Shown: positions 31,708-40,777 of the stretch, piece by piece
Layout of the letters: each line of letters starts with the position of its first letter
How positions within the stretch are numbered: position 1 is the first letter of the stretch
Source: Candidatus Latescibacterota bacterium
Lineage (GTDB): Bacteria > Latescibacterota > UBA2968 > UBA8231
Assembly: GCA_965197905.1 (NCBI GenBank)
Contig: CBDAOB010000002.1
Location: 384,001 to 448,000, forward strand
Direction of reading: 5' to 3'
DNA length: 64,000 nucleotides
The notes under the pieces: generated by a model
Databases searched by the model: none
Seen by the model: only the letters and a program-made list of their open reading frames with translations
What the model was told of the DNA's origin: nothing
Position numbers and translations under genes: made by a program

Positions 31708-33819
31708 ATGCATTCCGTCAATAAAGGCGGATTCGTGTCCGCTCTGGCGGGCATTTGCCTGTCCGCCTTTCTGAGTGTCAGCCCGTGCTTGGGCTCGGTT
31801 CACGTCGTGCGCCCTGGCGACACCCTGAGCGAGCTTGCCGCCCACTTCGGTGTTTCTACACAACAGCTGCGCCAATGGAACGGCCTGAGGGGTGACCGCA
31901 TATACCCCGGCCAACGGTTGACAATCACTGTTGACGAAGCGCGGTATGTCGTGCGAAAAGGGGACAGCCTGTCTCGAATCGCCACCCGATACGGCATCTC
32001 CGTGAAACGGTTGCGCCGGCTGAATCCAGGTGTCGGCGCTCGGATCTACCCCGGCCAGAAGCTCGATCTCCGCGCCCCCAACCGATCTAAACATCGGGTA
32101 CGCAAGGGGGACACCCTCTCGGAAATCGCCGCGAGATACGGAACCACCGTGCCTTATCTCAAGCGCATGAACCGATTGAAGGGGGACCTCATTTCTCCGG
32201 GTCAGGTGCTCGAGGTCCGGGGCTCTGTTGAAGGCGTAATTGAACCCCGTGAGTACGTCGTGAGAAAGGGAGACACCCTGTCGGAAATCGCGGTGCGGTT
32301 TGACGTCGGAGTCGGCCTCTTGCGGCAGCTTAATCGGCTCAGCGATTCCCGCATCGTGCCTGGACAGAAGCTGCGGTTGCGGCCCTCGAAGCGGGATGAA
32401 GCTGTGCACATCGTGCGCCGCGGCGAAACCCTCTCGGAGATAGCGGCGCGTTATCGGGCTTCCGTCTCGAGGATCAAAGCGATCAATGGCATCGCGGGAT
32501 CCAAGATTCTAGTTGGCCAGAAGCTGCGCCTACGTCCCACTCCGACGGCCACCCACCTCGTCGAACGGGGAGACGCGCTGTGGGAGATCGCGCGGGCCTA
32601 CGACATGACCGTCGCCGAGATCAAGGAGTTGAACGGTCTGTCCACCAACAGAATCTACCCCGGCCAGGAACTGAAGCTGAACGCGGGAACGGCTGCCCGT
32701 TTTGCGCAGTACGTGGTGAGAACAGGAGACTACCTCGGAGAAATCGCACGCTTGCACCAGATGAGCCTGGCCGAACTGAAGAGTGTGAACAACCTGCCCT
32801 CCTCGGTTATTCACCCAGGGGATAGGATCAAGGTAAAACCGCTGTTGGGCGGCGGTGGAAACCGCTTGACACTGTCCGAGATCGACTGGAATAAATTGCG
32901 GGTGCGCGTTGGGGGCGTGCCGCGGCTCGATACCGACAACGGTCCGTACTACTACGCGGCGCCCAGCGCCAAACGGCAAAGGCGTGCCAGCTACTACGAA
33001 GAACACCCCAGCTCGACCCTTGCCACTTATAAGAAAGCCTTGCAAGTGTGGAAGTCTTTCGAGCGTGAGGTGGATGACCTGGGTCGTTTGAGCGAGGCGC
33101 TGAACAGCTGGAACATCGTGCTGGACCCAGGGCATGGCGGACTCGATCCGGGCGCCGTAGTCAAGACGTTGGACGGTAACGGCAAGGCGCTATACGTGGT
33201 GGAAGACGAATACGTATTTGATATCGCTCTGCGGACATTCGTGCTTTTGCGTCTTCACGGCGCCGATGTATCCACCACCCTCATCAGCCCCAATCATCTT
33301 ATACGCCAGAGCAGACCACCGACGCTGACCTTTGTGAATCAAAAGAACGAGGTCTACAACAGCTATAGAATGAATCGTTCCGATGCCCGCACCAACTGGC
33401 CGCGGGGCGGGAACCTCGATTCGCGCGTCGAAATCGCGCGCAACGCCTTCCTGGACGCTGCCGCGCGGCGGCGCATCTTCATCTCGTTCCACGCCGATAT
33501 CGATGCCAATGCACCCGAAGCCCCACTAGTCCTCTATTACGAAAGCAGTGACGGGCGCAAACGCGACTCGGCGTCGCGGCGGTTTGCCCGAGCATTGCTT
33601 CCGGCTCTTGGTGCCGGCGCTCGTGCCCGTGGGCAGCCCCTAGGGGTGTTGCGGCGCAATCCGGCAGACGTAAAAGTCCTCGTGGAGCTGCGGAATCTGG
33701 CATACACCGACCACGCCTGGGCCTTGAGATTTGAAGCGCTGCGCCAGCGCGACGCGGAAAAGGTGGTCAAGGGAATCCTGGATTACGCCGGTAGCGAGAA
33801 CCGAGGCGCGTCCCGCTGA
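31708..33819 (+). CDS. Secreted N-acetylmuramoyl-L-alanine amidase (Amidase_3) with seven LysM domains
   Basis: Signal peptide; seven V..GD/ETL..IA...N...I.PGQ.L repeats; LDPGHGG, FISFHAD and LVEL catalytic motifs. Confidence 0.9.
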   Translation: MHSVNKGGFVSALAGICLSAFLSVSPCLGSVHVVRPGDTLSELAAHFGVSTQQLRQWNGLRGDRIYPGQRLTITVDEARYVVRKGDSLSRIATRYGISVKRLRRLNPGVGARIYPGQKLDLRAPNRSKHRVRKGDTLSEIAARYGTTVPYLKRMNRLKGDLISPGQVLEVRGSVEGVIEPREYVVRKGDTLSEIAVRFDVGVGLLRQLNRLSDSRIVPGQKLRLRPSKRDEAVHIVRRGETLSEIAARYRASVSRIKAINGIAGSKILVGQKLRLRPTPTATHLVERGDALWEIARAYDMTVAEIKELNGLSTNRIYPGQELKLNAGTAARFAQYVVRTGDYLGEIARLHQMSLAELKSVNNLPSSVIHPGDRIKVKPLLGGGGNRLTLSEIDWNKLRVRVGGVPRLDTDNGPYYYAAPSAKRQRRASYYEEHPSSTLATYKKALQVWKSFEREVDDLGRLSEALNSWNIVLDPGHGGLDPGAVVKTLDGNGKALYVVEDEYVFDIALRTFVLLRLHGADVSTTLISPNHLIRQSRPPTLTFVNQKNEVYNSYRMNRSDARTNWPRGGNLDSRVEIARNAFLDAAARRRIFISFHADIDANAPEAPLVLYYESSDGRKRDSASRRFARALLPALGAGARARGQPLGVLRRNPADVKVLVELRNLAYTDHAWALRFEALRQRDAEKVVKGILDYAGSENRGASR

Positions 33820-33876
33820 TATATAGCCTGGATTCTGCTGCCTGCGCCCGCCGCGAAGAGTGCAATTCATTATCCG

Positions 33877-34002
33877 AAAAAAAAAAAGCCCCCCGAACAT
33901 CGGAAAGATAACTCCGACTTCGGCCACAACCTTCCCTAACGCTCCACAGCGCCGATAACCGCGGTCTTGCGCGTTCCTCGTCCTCTGCGGTTGGGGGGCT
34001 TT
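33877..34002 (-). terminator. Terminator-like structured 3' element with an unusually large internal region
   Basis: AAAGCCCCCC pairs with GGGGGGCTTT across about 100 nt and is followed by an 11-nt U tract on the minus strand. Confidence 0.5.
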
Positions 34003-34025
34003 CGTCTGCTGTGACGAGGAACCGA

Positions 34026-34271
34026 CTATTTCTCGTCCACCAATTTCCGCACCGCTTTCCTGACCACCTCAGGCTCCAAACCAGCCAGTTCGCACCACGG
34101 ATCGATCCTGGGGCTTTCAACGAAGGCTATTTCCGGGGTGGAGTCTTCACAGGCGATACTCAGTTCCATCTTCGATATCTCGCGTAACGTACTGAGAATC
34201 ATGGCATTTGCGAGACGACGATATGCCATGGTTACGCGTTCACTCTGCGCTGCATCCTGGTCGGCTCTCAT
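34026..34271 (-). CDS. Small hypothetical protein
   Basis: About 81 aa, YRRLANAMIL...WCELAGLEPEVVR; has its own upstream intergenic region and a downstream terminator-like element. Confidence 0.55.
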   Translation of the reverse strand: MRADQDAAQSERVTMAYRRLANAMILSTLREISKMELSIACEDSTPEIAFVESPRIDPWCELAGLEPEVVRKAVRKLVDEK

Positions 34272-34526
34272 GATGAGATTTCCTGACGATTTAGGTGTCT
34301 GAGTTCGCGCGAGTCGCGTTGAGATTCCGTTTTTTGCTGCTACCATATCGAAGCCGTTTGTAAGGGCGAATTAAGGCGTTTTAACAGCAACAAATTTAAA
34401 CCATTTTCACGAAAATCCTTCAAAAAAATGGCTAGATCAGGGAAAAAATCGGGGTGGCGCCCGGCGCAACAGCGCCAATCTTTCGCTAACTCGATTAGAG
34501 TCAGGAGGTTGGAGCTTCGGAGGCGA

Positions 34527-35545
34527 TTAGACAGCTTCAGGCACCACCGACGTTCTCGCGCCGCGCGATAGAGTCGGTGAATCCATTCGATGGTTCTCAG
34601 CGCCTGGCGAGCTCCCGCCAATAGGTCGCCTTCGCCTTCTATGGTGCGCAACAAATCGTCCCACTCCAGTGACCAAGAGCGGTCTTCTGCTGGAAATTCG
34701 AACCGCGTTTCTTGGGGGGACCCTCCGCCGGCGGCGCGCTCGCCGACGATGGCGACCTCCTCACCGTAAGAGCCGCCAAGACCCTGGGCTATGGCGTATC
34801 CATCGCTGCCAAATACCTCGAGGCTGAACAGATTCTTCCACTGGGTCCAGCTGACATGGAGCACGGCGGTCTGGCCTTCAGCCGTTTGGAACAAACCGAA
34901 GGCGTTGTCTTCCTGGGGGGCCATATCCCACACCATCGTGGCAATGGTGCCGGTAACAGAATCGAAGTCGCCCATGATCCAGTGGAAGAGATCCACCAAA
35001 TGGGCACCCTGATCCAACAACTCGCCGCCCCCGGATCGCTCAGGGTCGGCGCGCCACTCGCGGTCGTAGCCTGGACGACCTCCGTGCCCGTAACGACCGC
35101 GCAGAAAGGTAAGCGATCCAAGTCCGCCCTCCTTGACCACCTCCACCACCTTGGCGATCGCCGGGTGGTAGCGGTGATTGTATCCCGCCTTCAGACACCG
35201 CTGTGAGGTTTGCGCAGCGGTCAGGACAGATCGAACCTCGTCCGGGTTGCGGCCCACCGGTTTTTCGCACAACACGTGCTTCCCCGCGTTCAGGGCCGCG
35301 GCACTCAGGGGAGCCAGGGATTCGTGTGTCGTCGAGACTACGATGATTTCCAACCCCGGGTCTTCCACCACCTCTTCCCAAGAACGGGCGACCACGGCGC
35401 CAGTCTCAGCGGCCACTCGATCCGCCCAATCCCGCTGCGGATCGAAAACGACGGACAACTCCGACCGCAGCGAACGGTTGATCACCTCAGCCCGCTTGGC
35501 ACCCACAAACCCGGTGCCCAACAATCCTACCTTATACATCTCCAT
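34527..35545 (-). CDS. Gfo/Idh/MocA family oxidoreductase; the true stop is probably 34527 (ORF reads on to 34340)
   Basis: GLLGTGFVG, GKHVLCEKP, GYNHRYHP, GGELLDQGAH. Confidence 0.9.
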
Positions 35546-35585
35546 CTCGTATAGTAGAAATACGCATCCTCCCGTTGGAACTGTT

Positions 35586-36437
35586 TCACTCCTCGCTCAA
35601 CCGTCGTCCGGTTTCTTTGACGCGTCTCACGGCAAACATATCGGACGCCATGACGGCTTCGATATCCAGGCTTTCCCAGTTGTCCCAGAGAGCGCTGATG
35701 AGGCGCCCACTCAACCCGTCCGAACGCCGAGACGCCAGATAGACCGCCAAGGCGGCGGCTCTCGCCGGGTCGGCTCCCCCTTCCGCTTTCTGCTTCAAGG
35801 CTGCTTCGGCCTCAAGTCCGGCGGCATCTCCTGCCTCGATGACAACATCCAACATGGTCGTGTTGATGGCCCCAGGGGCAATGGCGTTGACATCGATGCC
35901 ATATTCGGCCACCTCGGCGGCAACCGTTTCGGTTAACCGAACCACGGCTGCTTTTGAGGCGCTGTAGGCACCGAATCGCGGACGCGGCCCGACCGCTCCA
36001 CCTCCCGATAGATTTATGATCTTGCCGGCTCGCTGTTCGATCATGTACGGCAGAGCGTAGCGGGTACACAGGAAACATCCCAAAAGATTGACACGTATCG
36101 CCCGCTCCCAGTCTGCGCCGTCGATTTCCTGGATTGGACCGATGGGACCGGTAATCCCGGCATTGTTGGTCAGGATGTCGATGCCCCCGAAGCGCTCGAC
36201 AAACGTCTGGATGCTGGCTCGGACATCGCTCTCCTCCCCCACATCGCCTGGCAGGACCGCTGCTTCGCTTCCGGCGTCAGAGATCTCCCTGGCCACAGCT
36301 TCCAACTGGGACCGGGTTCGAGCCATCAGGCCGACCTGTGCGCCGGCGGCGGCTAGTGCCACGGCGATGGATCGGCCTATGCCGCGGCCCGCTCCCGTTA
36401 CCAATGCCCGCTTGTTTGTGAGTTCGGATGAATTCAT
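35586..36437 (-). CDS. Short-chain dehydrogenase/reductase
   Basis: TGAGRGIG, NNAG, YSASK, VNAIAPG. Confidence 0.95.
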   Translation of the reverse strand: MNSSELTNKRALVTGAGRGIGRSIAVALAAAGAQVGLMARTRSQLEAVAREISDAGSEAAVLPGDVGEESDVRASIQTFVERFGGIDILTNNAGITGPIGPIQEIDGADWERAIRVNLLGCFLCTRYALPYMIEQRAGKIINLSGGGAVGPRPRFGAYSASKAAVVRLTETVAAEVAEYGIDVNAIAPGAINTTMLDVVIEAGDAAGLEAEAALKQKAEGGADPARAAALAVYLASRRSDGLSGRLISALWDNWESLDIEAVMASDMFAVRRVKETGRRLSEE

Positions 36438-36588
36438 GGCCCGGGACCTAAGATAATTCACTTTCCAGGAATTTGCGGCCACGTCCAGATAGCGTCGCCT
36501 ATTTCGCGAGCGGCTCGACGAAAGGGCTCGCGTTGACCTATCTCGTGCGTTCACCTAGATTTACACCCTCAACTACCGGATATTCCGC

Positions 36589-38049
36589 ATGTCATTGCCA
36601 CTCAGAAAGACCGATTCCAAGGAACTGTCGCTTTTCATCAATTCCCGCTCGCCGGAGGGTGGTCTGTTCGAGGGCGATCGAACCAACCTTCATCCGGAGA
36701 GCCGGCTGCCCTGGCGGATCTCACCCGAACCGTTCTGGCTTACCCCGCGACAGGTCCAATTCCTGCAGGATCTCGGTCCTTTGCTGATGAGGTTCTACAC
36801 CGCCAGCAATCTGTTATACCATCAAAGCGTAAAAGGCATCCGGCCGACGTGGATCCACGAGTACCTCGACATTGGAAAGCCGGAGCGGGTTATCGATTTC
36901 GGTCGCATGAACCGGTTTCGCACGCAGCTGCCGCTCATCATGCGACCCGACCTGCTGCTCACCGAAGATGGTTTCCGCGTAACGGAGCTCGACTCTATTC
37001 CGGGGGGCATTGGTTTTACCGGTCAGATTGCAGAGGTCTACGCGGAACTGGGGTACGACATCGTCGGCGGTGGAGATGGTCTGGTGACCGGGTTCTACGA
37101 TGCTGTTCGGGCCAGCACCGCGCAGGAATCCCCGGTCGTGTTGATCCTCGTCTCCGACGAATCGGGCAACTATCGCGAGGAGATGACCTGGCTTGCCGAC
37201 CAGCTCCGGGAACGCGGGTGTCCGGTTTACTGCCGGCATCCGAAAGAGCTTCGTTTCGACGACGACGGCTTGCTAATAAAGGATGGGAACGATCGCAAAC
37301 GAGTGGACTCGGTATACCGTTTCTTCGAGATGTTCGATCTGCCGAACATACCCAAGATCGAGCTCGTCACCTATTTCGCCAAAAAGAACGCGGTCAAGCT
37401 CACCCCTCCACCCAAAGCGTTTCTGGAGGAAAAACTATGGCTCGCCCTGCTGCACCATCCGCTGCTGCTGGAATACTGGGAGCGCGAGCTTGGTGACGCC
37501 GACACCGCGCAGCTTCGACAGATCGTTCCGTACACCTGGATCCTGGATAACCGTCCAGTCCCCCCGCACTCAGTTATTCCGTCACTCGCGGTCGGCGGTC
37601 ATGCGGTGGGCGAGTGGAGCGACTTGGATCATCTTACCAAACGCGAGCGGGAGCTGGTTGTAAAACCGTCCGGTTTCTCAGAAAATGCTTCACAAAGTCG
37701 AGACGTTGCCATCGGTCACGACATGCCGGAGAAGGAGTGGCAGTCCCGGCTGCATGTCGCACTGAGCCGTTTTCAGGATGGCCCATACATCCTCCAGAAG
37801 TTCTACAAATCTTCGCAGGTGCGTATGCAGTACTATGATTTCGATCGCGGCGACACCCGACCGATGCGCGGCCGCGCCTTGCTGCGACCCTATTATTACC
37901 TTGTCGGTTCGGAACCGAAACTGGCCGGAGTGCAGGCCCTCGTCTGCCCCCCGGACAAGAAGCTTCTTCACGGTATGTCGGATGCCATCCTCGTGCCCTG
38001 TGCTACCGGAAACGAAGGGAACGCGACGGCTCCGGCCGTCGGGACCTAA
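36589..38049 (+). CDS. Circularly permuted ATP-grasp / glutathionylspermidine-synthase-like ligase
   Basis: MRPDLLL..GF..TELDS.PGG, VYRFFE, EEKLWLAL, VPYTW, LVVKPSG, YILQKF. Confidence 0.7.
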   Translation: MSLPLRKTDSKELSLFINSRSPEGGLFEGDRTNLHPESRLPWRISPEPFWLTPRQVQFLQDLGPLLMRFYTASNLLYHQSVKGIRPTWIHEYLDIGKPERVIDFGRMNRFRTQLPLIMRPDLLLTEDGFRVTELDSIPGGIGFTGQIAEVYAELGYDIVGGGDGLVTGFYDAVRASTAQESPVVLILVSDESGNYREEMTWLADQLRERGCPVYCRHPKELRFDDDGLLIKDGNDRKRVDSVYRFFEMFDLPNIPKIELVTYFAKKNAVKLTPPPKAFLEEKLWLALLHHPLLLEYWERELGDADTAQLRQIVPYTWILDNRPVPPHSVIPSLAVGGHAVGEWSDLDHLTKRERELVVKPSGFSENASQSRDVAIGHDMPEKEWQSRLHVALSRFQDGPYILQKFYKSSQVRMQYYDFDRGDTRPMRGRALLRPYYYLVGSEPKLAGVQALVCPPDKKLLHGMSDAILVPCATGNEGNATAPAVGT

Positions 38050-38051
38050 AC

Positions 38052-39101
38052 ATGACGACAGCGACCACAGAGTCCGTAGAGCTGGATCAAAAGCTCGAGC
38101 GCCTCAACGAGATTCTCGGTTCCATGGGCAGCATGCTCATCGGCTACTCCGGCGGAGTGGACAGCGCACTGCTGGCGCTTGCCGCCCACAAGGTTCTGGG
38201 GCGGAACGCCATCGCCGTTACCGCCGATTCCGAGAGTTACGCCAGTGGCGAGCTCGAAGCGGCCAGCCGCATCGCCGGCAACTTCGGAATGCGTCACCTC
38301 GTAGTGCGCACTCGCGAGCTTGACAACCCCGACTACGCCAGCAATCCCACCAATCGTTGCTATTTCTGCAAACAGGAGCTTTTCACCCGCCTGAACCGAA
38401 TGGCCCGGGAACTCGGTGTCAATCACCTCGCCTACGGTCAGAACCTCGACGACGTTGGAGATTTCCGGCCCGGTGCCGTGGCCGCCGATGAGTTCCAGGT
38501 GCGCGCTCCGCTGCGCGAGGCGGGTTTGTCGAAGGCAGACGTCAGGGCCCTGGCGAAACGCTGGGACCTGGAGGTCTGGAACCGACCGGCGATGGCCTGC
38601 CTTTCCTCCCGTTTTCCTTACGGCACCCCGATCACGGCGGAGTCGTTGCAAATGGTGGATCGCGCAGAAGCGGCGTTGCGAAATCTCGGCTTCGAGGAAC
38701 TCCGCGTCCGTCACCACGATGTTATCGCGCGCATCGAGCTCGATGTCCAATCGCTGGAATCGCTGTTGCAGAACACCCGGGTGAAGGCAGAGTTGGTGAA
38801 GGAACTTCGTGCGGCCGGATATGCGAAGGTCACTATCGACCTGCGGGGATTTCGCACGGGCAGCATGAACGAGACCCTGCTGAGCATTGACCCGGATTCC
38901 GACCCCGGAGAACACCACTGGCATCGCGCGGTCGCCGAATTCGGGGTCGACGGTTCATTCGAGCATCGAGATCGCATGCTGGTTTTTGCGGTACCCGCGA
39001 CTCAGTTCGCAGCCTTAGTCGAACATCGCGCCGCCATTGCTGAGCGGCTCGGTTCGTTTGGCTTCAACTTCATCGCCGTGGATCTGACACCAAGACCGTG
39101 A
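38052..39101 (+). CDS. larE: ATP-dependent sulfur transferase LarE with a C-terminal extension
   Basis: PP-loop SGGVDS, RCYFCK, DDVGDFRPG, ACLSSRFPYG, LRVRHH, GFRTGSMN. Confidence 0.92.
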   Translation: MTTATTESVELDQKLERLNEILGSMGSMLIGYSGGVDSALLALAAHKVLGRNAIAVTADSESYASGELEAASRIAGNFGMRHLVVRTRELDNPDYASNPTNRCYFCKQELFTRLNRMARELGVNHLAYGQNLDDVGDFRPGAVAADEFQVRAPLREAGLSKADVRALAKRWDLEVWNRPAMACLSSRFPYGTPITAESLQMVDRAEAALRNLGFEELRVRHHDVIARIELDVQSLESLLQNTRVKAELVKELRAAGYAKVTIDLRGFRTGSMNETLLSIDPDSDPGEHHWHRAVAEFGVDGSFEHRDRMLVFAVPATQFAALVEHRAAIAERLGSFGFNFIAVDLTPRP

Positions 39102-39646
39102 TTCGCGAGATCGTCAAATACGGATCGAAGGTTTTGCGGGAAAACGCGGCACCCGTGGATGCGGTCGATGACGAGATCAAGCAGCTCGTCGACGATTTGT
39201 TCGACTCCATGAGCGAGGCCGAAGGCGTGGGATTGGCGGCGCCCCAAATCGGAATCTCGCGCCGGGTCATCGCCGTTGATGTTTCCCCACAGCATGGCGA
39301 AACGCCACCCCTGGCGCTGATCAACCCCCGGATCCTGCAAACAGAGGGCGCCGATGCGGCCGAGGAGGGCTGCCTCAGCATACCCGAGCTCTACGGAGAG
39401 GTTGAACGGGCGACCCGCATCGAAGTGAAAGCCCTCGACGCCACCGGGAAGCCATCCCAATTCGTCGCCGAGGATTTTTATGCTCGTGTCCTGCAGCACG
39501 AAATCGACCACCTGAACGGGATCCTCTTTATCGATCACATCAGTCCGCTGAAGAGGCAGTTGATGCGTGGCGCCCTCAAGCGCCTGCGCAAAGAGGGAGA
39601 GTTGTGGGACGAGGAACACCGGGAAGGGGCGCACCAGTTAGGGTAA
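39098..39646 (+). CDS. def: Peptide deformylase
   Basis: GVGLAAPQIG, EGCLS, QHEIDHLNG. Confidence 0.97.
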   Translation: MIREIVKYGSKVLRENAAPVDAVDDEIKQLVDDLFDSMSEAEGVGLAAPQIGISRRVIAVDVSPQHGETPPLALINPRILQTEGADAAEEGCLSIPELYGEVERATRIEVKALDATGKPSQFVAEDFYARVLQHEIDHLNGILFIDHISPLKRQLMRGALKRLRKEGELWDEEHREGAHQLG

Positions 39647-39648
39647 AG

Positions 39649-40470
39649 TTATTCAGCCTCGAAAAACTGAATCTCCTTCGCTCCGGAGTTTCCTCCTGTA
39701 GTTTCGACCGCTTCTATCCGCACGCTCCGCGCCACGATCGAGTACTCAAATTCGAACCGATAGAACTCCGCTGGGTCGGGCGTGGAGAACGGCCCGAGCT
39801 CCACGGATCCCGGTTCGAAGATCAAACGAACAGCGAGAATAATCGAGCTTCCATCGGGCATCTCCCGGCTGCGGAATCCGAATCCGCTAAGGGTCCGCTC
39901 GTTCCCGAAGTCGAGCGACACTGAAGCCCCGTCCCCATCTCCGTTGGTCGCCCACTCGGTGGTCATGAGCCCGTCGAAAGCGTTGTTGGCGCCCCACGTG
40001 GCGTCGTTTGACGCGCCGCCGAAGTTGCTGCTGACATCCACGACCTGCGAACCCTTTGTTGTCAAAGCGATGTTCACGGAGGAAAGGGCTGCTGCCGCGA
40101 GGGTGGTGAACTCCTGAACCCCTGAAAAGAAAGTGCGCTCGTCTTCGGTGGATGCCTTGGCGCGATAATAGTAGGTCGTACTTGGCGTAAGATCCTCGAT
40201 CGGAACATTGTGGTCGATTGCGAAAAGTGCTCCGCTCATTGACGGATCGAAGGCGGACCGATTCAGAGTATTCGCAGCCGTTCCGTATTCGGCCTCGCAG
40301 GTGGTGGGTGCGCTCGTTGCGAAGCGGATCACGGCTCGAGTCGCAGATATCTCCTCGGCGCGCAGCTCTAGAATCTCAACCTCAGAGGAGGCAGAGGTTG
40401 ACTTGTCGCCGTCGCCGCAAGCGATAAGTGCAACGCAGCACAGTATTCCAGCCATGGTAACTTTGATCAC
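39649..40470 (-). CDS. Lipoprotein with an FN3-like domain and a discoidin (F5/8 type C) domain
   Basis: Lipobox LIAC; H.V.IEDLTPSTTYYYR; NAFDG..T.W..., RSVRI. Confidence 0.75.
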   Translation of the reverse strand: MIKVTMAGILCCVALIACGDGDKSTSASSEVEILELRAEEISATRAVIRFATSAPTTCEAEYGTAANTLNRSAFDPSMSGALFAIDHNVPIEDLTPSTTYYYRAKASTEDERTFFSGVQEFTTLAAAALSSVNIALTTKGSQVVDVSSNFGGASNDATWGANNAFDGLMTTEWATNGDGDGASVSLDFGNERTLSGFGFRSREMPDGSSIILAVRLIFEPGSVELGPFSTPDPAEFYRFEFEYSIVARSVRIEAVETTGGNSGAKEIQFFEAE

Positions 40471-40567
40471 GATAGGCTCCCCGAAACGTAGTTTGTCATT
40501 CCCTTAGATTCACCAAATAACCTAGAAGATTCCTAGAAAATGTCAGAAAACGTGCGGCTGAGGTCGG

Positions 40568-40596
40568 TTGACAATGCCGGGGGCAGCCGTTAGCTT
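40568..40596 (+). promoter_or_regulatory. Sigma70-type promoter of tRNA-Asp
   Basis: TTGACA-N17-TAGCTT, 15 nt upstream of the tRNA. Confidence 0.6.
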
Positions 40597-40611
40597 TTTT
40601 TGTCTTATAAC

Positions 40612-40688
40612 GGGATCGTAGTTCAGCTGGTTAGAACGCCGGCCTGTCACGCCGGAGGTCGCGAGTTCGAGTCTCGTCGGTCCCGCCA
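40612..40688 (+). tRNA. tRNA-Asp(GTC)
   Basis: Cloverleaf GGGATCG..TAGTTCAGCTGGTTAGA..CCGGC-CTGTCAC-GCCGG..GTTCGAGTC..CGGTCCC-GCCA. Confidence 0.97.
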
Positions 40689-40697
40689 TCGAACCTG

Positions 40698-40740
40698 GGC
40701 CCAGGGGAATGCTGTTGATTCTCTGGGCCTTACTGTTTTT
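40698..40740 (+). terminator. Probable intrinsic terminator after tRNA-Asp
   Basis: GGCCCAG..CTGGGCC hairpin followed by TTACTGTTTTT. Confidence 0.55.
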
Positions 40741-40777
40741 GAGCTAGATCTTCCAAAAAACGCAACCTCGCCCGGCA

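Noticed and set aside
31790..32840. Repeated DNA words such as GGGACACCCTCTCGGAAATCGC
   Set aside because: These are coding LysM repeats, not a CRISPR array or a non-coding repeat.
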